Shown here piece after piece: positions 8,674 through 12,958 of a stretch of DNA of 12,958 nucleotides. Position 1 is the first letter of the stretch. Every line of letters begins with the position of its first letter. The position numbers were made by a program, and so were the translations under genes. The stretch is from an uncultured archaeon (GTDB lineage Archaea > Asgardarchaeota > Lokiarchaeia > Sigyniarchaeales > SOKP01), in the NCBI GenBank assembly GCA_964447495.1, contig CAYUTF010000088.1, positions 1 through 12,958 of the forward strand. The letters are read 5' to 3'. Below the pieces are notes generated by a model, which made no database searches, was not told the DNA's origin, and was given only the letters and a program-made list of their open reading frames with translations.

Positions 8674-8679
8674 CCTCCT
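8674..8679 (-). promoter_or_regulatory. Shine-Dalgarno AGGAGG overlapping upstream stop codon
   Basis: Minus strand reads TAAGGAGGAAAATTAAAATG: stop of the 91-aa gene fused to an RBS 9 nt before the 7-TM ATG. Confidence 0.75.
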
Positions 8680-8954
8680 TATATTTTCTCCATAGTTATT
8701 ATTGATTGATTTTTCAAGACCTCATCTAAGAGATATTGTACAATTTCTTGATAATTAGTGATACTTAAATTTTGGAGCCTTTTTTTAAGTGCATTATTGA
8801 TAAAATTTTGAAAATCTCTTACCCCTAACGTCTCCAATTTTTTAAAAGGACCAAATTGATCTTTGATTGCTAATTTTATTAATCCCCGTGAAGCCGCTAC
8901 TGATATTCCGATCCTTTCTGATAAAATATATCCTAGATAATAGATAATTTGCAT
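8679..8954 (-). CDS. Small helical hypothetical protein, 91 aa
   Basis: ATG ORF with amphipathic helical pattern (ASRGLIKLAIKDQFGP; INNALKKRL); coupled to the downstream 7-TM gene. Confidence 0.8.
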   Translation of the reverse strand: MQIIYYLGYILSERIGISVAASRGLIKLAIKDQFGPFKKLETLGVRDFQNFINNALKKRLQNLSITNYQEIVQYLLDEVLKNQSIITMEKI

Positions 8955-9117
8955 ATATTTATTTCCAACTTAAATGAAAATAATGAGAAGAATTTTAAAT
9001 CTTCTTCTAATTTCTATCATAATTATGAATTACTCCTTTATATATTTACGAAAAATCATCATTAAAAGAGTATAGTATGAACAAGAATTATATCAAACAA
9101 GAACACACAAAATATTC

Positions 9118-9639
9118 TTAGATAAATGCAATGTTGAGCATAGTTTTTACTAAGCTCTGAAATATTTTTTCGATATTCTCTCCCGTCTTACTCGAACATT
9201 CAAAAAAGGCATGGAGGTTCATTTTCTTTGCAATCTTCAATCCCTCTTTATAAGGAACCTCCCGCAAGACATCTAAATCTGCTTTTCCCCCAATTAATAT
9301 AACTGGGAGCTGATTATTCTTTGCATTTACTAATGTTAGCCAATCTAATGCATGTGAGAGGGAGGAATAATCCGTAATATCATACATTAAGATGCCTCCC
9401 ATCGCACCACATAAATAGTTAGGAAAAATAAACCGAAAGCGTTCTTCTCCACCAAAATCCCAGATCATTAGTTTTACTTCAAATCCATCAAGTCTCAGGC
9501 TCTTAGTTTCAAAATCGACTCCAATTGTCATTTTTGTATCGGATATAAATAAGTCTGTTATATACTTCTTCAATAAAGTGGTCTTACCACATCCCCCATC
9601 GCCAAAAATAACTATTTTGAAGATTGCATCATACGTCAT
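9118..9639 (-). CDS. Rab-like small GTPase (Ras superfamily), paralog B
   Basis: G1 GDGGCGKT, RabF1-like TIGVDF, KLMIW-DFGGE, RFR, YDIT, G4 variant GKAD, G5 ECSSK; no C-terminal Cys motif. Confidence 0.95.
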   Translation of the reverse strand: MTYDAIFKIVIFGDGGCGKTTLLKKYITDLFISDTKMTIGVDFETKSLRLDGFEVKLMIWDFGGEERFRFIFPNYLCGAMGGILMYDITDYSSLSHALDWLTLVNAKNNQLPVILIGGKADLDVLREVPYKEGLKIAKKMNLHAFFECSSKTGENIEKIFQSLVKTMLNIAFI

Positions 9640-9850
9640 TTCCGATACCTAAACCCTAAACTATGTGGTAATTTTGTCGAAACCTTATCCGGTAAAATCT
9701 ATATAAAAATAACCCTATTTAATATTTTGCATTCCTTACCTCAATTTTTTCATAAGAGAAAAGCGAATTCATAATCTTATTTTCAAAAATTGCTTCATTT
9801 CAGCAATAATGATTTTTACTACCAATCTGTATCTTTACAGAAATAAAACT

Positions 9851-9859
9851 TTTTTATAA
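9851..9859 (+). promoter_or_regulatory. Putative TATA box of TPR gene (leaderless spacing)
   Basis: TTTTTATAA about 25 nt upstream of ATG 9881, preceded by an A-rich BRE-like stretch; no RBS before the ATG. Confidence 0.4.
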
Positions 9860-9880
9860 GATGGCAAACTCATTAATAAA

Positions 9881-10822
9881 ATGAAGTACGAAGAGAACAT
9901 ACAAAAGAAAGATCCCAACGACGCAGAAGGTTGGTTTAATCGTGGTTTAGTTTGTGGAGGGAATGGTGATATTAAAGGTGCTATCAATGCATTTAAACAA
10001 GCTCTCGTTTTAGATCCGGCTAATATTGAAGCGTGGATCAATTTAGGATTAGCATTTGGAATGCAAGGCAACTTGAGTGAAGAAATAAAATCTTATAAGA
10101 AAGCTTTAGAGTTGAACCCGAAAAATTCGGAGTTATGGGTTAACTTAGGAGTAGCACTTGGGCAAAATGGTGATGTAGATGCCGAAATTGAGGCTTATAG
10201 AAAAGCATTAGAGATAAATCCCCTTGATTCGGATATTTTATTTAATCTCGGTGCGGCTCTTGGAAAAAAGGAAAACTATGATGAGGCAATAGAATTATTT
10301 CAAGAAGCGTTAAAATTAAAGCCCAAGGATGCGGAATTATGGAATAATTTAGGTATGGCTCATGGATTTGCGGGAAATAGCAGTGAAGAACTAAAAGCTT
10401 TCAAGAAAGCAATAGAAATTGACCCTCAGCATGAGATTGCATGGTTTAATCTTGGTCTAATACATATTGACAATAATGATTTCGATAAAGCAATAGTGCA
10501 CTTTAAAGAAGCAATATCAATTGATCCTGAATTTAGTAATGCTTATTTTGGGTTAGGTTTTTCGTATGAAAAAGAAGAAGCATTTCAAGAAGCAATACAA
10601 ATGTATGAGAAGGTATTGGATTTAGAACCCGATGATGTTGAGACATGGCTTCATCTTTCTCTAGTTCTTCAAAAAATGGGAAACATTGATGATGCGTTAG
10701 ATACTTTGGAACGCGCAGTCATTCTTGATAAAGAGTTGGTATTACTTCTAGATAAAGAAGAGAACCTTCTTGAACCATTGCGCAAGCTTAAAAGTTTTGA
10801 TGAGATCATGAATAAAGCATAG
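9881..10822 (+). CDS. Tetratricopeptide repeat protein (8 TPRs, no other domain)
   Basis: Eight consecutive 34-aa repeats of type AWxNLGxx...AIxxFxKALELxP. Confidence 0.95.
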   Translation: MKYEENIQKKDPNDAEGWFNRGLVCGGNGDIKGAINAFKQALVLDPANIEAWINLGLAFGMQGNLSEEIKSYKKALELNPKNSELWVNLGVALGQNGDVDAEIEAYRKALEINPLDSDILFNLGAALGKKENYDEAIELFQEALKLKPKDAELWNNLGMAHGFAGNSSEELKAFKKAIEIDPQHEIAWFNLGLIHIDNNDFDKAIVHFKEAISIDPEFSNAYFGLGFSYEKEEAFQEAIQMYEKVLDLEPDDVETWLHLSLVLQKMGNIDDALDTLERAVILDKELVLLLDKEENLLEPLRKLKSFDEIMNKA

Positions 10823-10871
10823 TTAAACAAGTAATAATTTGACCCCTTTTTTATATATTATATCTTCCATA

Positions 10872-10946
10872 TTTTTCTATTCAAATCACGACCATTTTGT
10901 TTAGAGTGTGGTTAGGCAAGGTATTTTTCTAAATTGAATAGAAAAA
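10872..10946. repeat. 13-bp intergenic inverted repeat with internal partial direct repeat
   Basis: TTTTTCTATTCAA (10872-10884) / TTGAATAGAAAAA (10934-10946); TATTTTTCTA occurs at both 10870 and 10922. Confidence 0.55.
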
Positions 10947-10989
10947 ATAATAACATTTAATAATGAAAATATTTGATTAAATTACAATT

Positions 10990-11002
10990 AAAAATATATT
11001 TA
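10990..11002 (+). promoter_or_regulatory. Putative BRE/TATA element for the PAKKK microprotein gene
   Basis: AAAAA-TATATTTA about 35-45 nt upstream of ATG 11037; the AT-rich background weakens the call. Confidence 0.35.
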
Positions 11003-11036
11003 ACAATAACAACAGAATAAGGGTAATAGAGGAATT

Positions 11037-11141
11037 ATGGCAAAAAAGAAAGCTCCGGCAAAAAAGAAAGCTCCAGCAAAGAAAGCTCCAGCAAAAAAGA
11101 AGGCTCCAGCAAAAAAGAAAGCTCCAGCCAAGAAAAAGTAA
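11037..11141 (+). CDS. 34-aa Lys/Ala/Pro repeat microprotein, histone H1 tail-like (not in ORF track)
   Basis: Translates to MAKKKAPAKKKAPAKKAPAKKKAPAKKKAPAKKK*; AGAGGA at 11028-11033; base differences between repeat units are synonymous (CCG/CCA, AAA/AAG, GCA/GCC) and the one indel is a whole codon. Confidence 0.85.
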   Translation: MAKKKAPAKKKAPAKKAPAKKKAPAKKKAPAKKK

Positions 11142-11188
11142 AATAATGTTAATAGGTATAATTTGTACTATTTAGAATTTAATTAATA

Positions 11189-11200
11189 TTTTTTTTCTTT
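11189..11200 (+). terminator. Oligo-T terminator of microprotein gene
   Basis: T8-C-T3 starting about 48 nt after the TAA. Confidence 0.5.
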
Positions 11201-11450
11201 ACAATATGTTGATAGAATCTGATTAAAAATCCTGAAATTATTACATCTAAGCGCTTAAGAAAAAAATTTTAACTCAAACTTCCAAAACGCTTTCTTCAAG
11301 TTATAAATTATGATATGCTACTTTTCTTTATTATTAACATTAGACTATCCAAATAACTGAATTTGAAGAATTCGTGCAATTTGAATTAAATCTCTAAAAT
11401 TGTATCTAAAATTAAATCTTAATAAATGCTTAATTCAAAATATTATACTA

Positions 11451-11963
11451 ATGATGTTGTTTGATCAACTTGATAAAACACAGTTAAAAGAACTCCTCGT
11501 AAAATGTTGGATGACTCATGATGGATCATGGTTTTATAATTGCGCCCGTGAATTAGGTATTGATACTGCTAACAGATTAAATAAAGCGGCTATCAAAAGT
11601 CTCTCGGTACTTGAGATGCAACGAATAAAGAAAGCAATGGGACAAGAGAAACTAAAAATTAAGACGTTTGAGCAATTAAAAAGCTTTATAGATGATGCAT
11701 TTAGTATATTAAAAGGAGATTTTATGGATTTTGAGTATACTTTCCCTGAAAAGAATCGGATTCATTGGGAAATGAACCAATGCTTTGCTTACAATGGAAT
11801 GAAAATGATTGGATTTAGCAAGCAATATGAATGTGGAGTTATTTATCGTATTAGTTGCTGGTTAGATGCTTTGGGAATTGACCATACCATCGAACCTGAA
11901 ATTGATATGTGCCTATTAAACTCGTATGAAAAATGTTCTGGAGATATTATTTTAAAGCTTTAA
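11451..11963 (+). CDS. DUF6125-like protein (V4R/H-NOX-like ligand-binding fold suspected)
   Basis: WMTHDGSWF...LGIDTANRLN...EMQRI motif and Cys pattern (QCFAY, YEC, C-L-L...KC). Start moved from TTG 11400 to in-frame ATG 11451/11454, since the extension is low-complexity AT-rich. Confidence 0.7.
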   Translation: MMLFDQLDKTQLKELLVKCWMTHDGSWFYNCARELGIDTANRLNKAAIKSLSVLEMQRIKKAMGQEKLKIKTFEQLKSFIDDAFSILKGDFMDFEYTFPEKNRIHWEMNQCFAYNGMKMIGFSKQYECGVIYRISCWLDALGIDHTIEPEIDMCLLNSYEKCSGDIILKL

Positions 11964-12071
11964 ATGTTAAATATACTATTATACTCCTTATTGGTATCAT
12001 ATTATTCATAGTTCTATCATTTAAAGAATCAAACCATTAGAACTGAATTTGCATATAATAAAATAGATAAG

Positions 12072-12085
12072 AAAAATAAAAAAAA
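12072..12085 (-). terminator. Oligo-T terminator of surface-protein gene
   Basis: Minus-strand T-tracts directly after the stop codon at 12086. Confidence 0.5.
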
Positions 12086-12958
12086 TTATTTGAGCATTTT
12101 TTTCTTATTAATTAATAGTACCATAGTAGCTCCTAAAAGAACAAGAATTAAGTAAAGGTTATAACCAGGAATTAATGGGAAATCACTAGGTGCCACACAA
12201 CCAAACATGAAGTAATAGAGGTAAGAATCGCTAAATTGTTCTTGAATGTTGATATCAGTTGCAGAAAATACCCAATAATTACTCCCCACAAAACTCATGG
12301 TGCCATACCCTCCTACGATAATCCCTAAATGGTGTCCCGGATCGTAATGCTCTAATTCGCTTTTTGGAATCTTTATTTCAAACATTCTATGATCTGAAGC
12401 ATTATTGAAACTTGGACCAAACGACCACTCGATTTGATAGCTATTAATAGAAGTATAAGGGTAAGAAACAGTTGCAACAGAATTAGTCATATTGTAATAA
12501 GGAGTTAAATGTAAACTATCAATGTGTGATGTAAACGGGGAAGAACTATTCGCATAAAGCACAAATTTGAGCTTATGATCCGCAGTAAAATTTGCAGCGC
12601 CATACTCAAACCGCGTTTCAGCTATGATGGGAGCATTATTTAATTCTTTTACTTGATAAGGATCGCTAGGATCTAATGTACCATCCCCATAATAAAGATA
12701 TATATAATGCTCTAGAATAGATTCATTGGCTCCCGCATATATTTGAAAATCAAGCCACTGCGTACTAGCAGCAAATATGTCTTTGAAAACCCAAAACCAT
12801 TTGGTGGTATCTACCTCAAATTCAACCCAATTGACATAATATCCATTAACTAATTCAGCAGTAACATTAAAGTAGACCATATTAAGGTTATCCATTTCCG
12901 CTACGCCACCAGAAATAGTGCCATATGTTGCCGAATATTCAGAGGCATCATTTACGCG
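12086..12958 (-). CDS. Cell-surface protein with Loki-CTERM-like sorting tail, 5'-truncated by window edge
   Basis: Frame is open from 12958 (RVNDASEYSATYGTISGGVAE-MDNLN...); aromatic/Asn/Ser/Thr-rich beta content, several N-x-S/T sequons, FEIKIPKSEL motif; ends IPGY + hydrophobic helix + KKKMLK. Confidence 0.85.
   Translation of the reverse strand, partial: RVNDASEYSATYGTISGGVAEMDNLNMVYFNVTAELVNGYYVNWVEFEVDTTKWFWVFKDIFAASTQWLDFQIYAGANESILEHYIYLYYGDGTLDPSDPYQVKELNNAPIIAETRFEYGAANFTADHKLKFVLYANSSSPFTSHIDSLHLTPYYNMTNSVATVSYPYTSINSYQIEWSFGPSFNNASDHRMFEIKIPKSELEHYDPGHHLGIIVGGYGTMSFVGSNYWVFSATDINIQEQFSDSYLYYFMFGCVAPSDFPLIPGYNLYLILVLLGATMVLLINKKKMLK

Noticed and set aside
9861-9884. 7-codon uORF MANSLIK overlapping the TPR start (ATGA)
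   Set aside because: Its ATG lies directly after the likely TATA box and so probably upstream of the transcription start; no RBS.
9835-10071. Minus-strand 78-aa ORF
   Set aside because: Antisense shadow of the TPR gene.
11040-11138. Tandem 15-18-nt repeat as a CRISPR array or non-coding satellite
   Set aside because: No spacers; units are multiples of three, vary only synonymously and are bounded by ATG and TAA.
11248-11257. Palindrome TAAGCGCTTA
   Set aside because: Single 10-bp palindrome with no second copy seen; not distinguishable from chance.
11400-11450. TTG start for the DUF6125-like gene
   Set aside because: The 17-codon extension is AT-rich and promoter-like; tandem in-frame ATGs at 11451 and 11454 fit better.
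12893-12895. ATG at 12895 as the true start of the last gene
   Set aside because: The frame stays open to the window edge and no signal peptide is present for a surface protein, so the start lies outside the window.

Overview
AT-rich archaeal-looking window, most consistent with Asgard archaea (Lokiarchaeia). The taxonomy is inferred from gene content, not from a marker gene: two paralogous Rab-like small GTPases lacking prenylation tails, an SDS22-type LRR protein, an 8-repeat TPR protein, a geranylgeranyl-reductase-family flavoprotein, oligo-T terminators and a surface protein ending in an IPGY-TM-basic (Loki-CTERM-like) tail. It also encodes a VOC protein, a secreted permuted NlpC/P60 enzyme with a C2-like C-terminal domain, a membrane-anchored HSL-type esterase with a coupled 4-TM gene, a small helical protein coupled to a 7-TM protein, and a DUF6125-like protein. 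The most notable item is absent from the ORF track: a free-standing 34-aa, 50%-lysine PAKKK-repeat microprotein gene (11037-11141) resembling a linker-histone H1 tail, with its own TATA-like box, RBS-like motif and T-tract. Both window-edge genes are truncated. No rRNA, tRNA, CRISPR array or transposase was recognised. All family calls come from motif reading by eye, without database searches.
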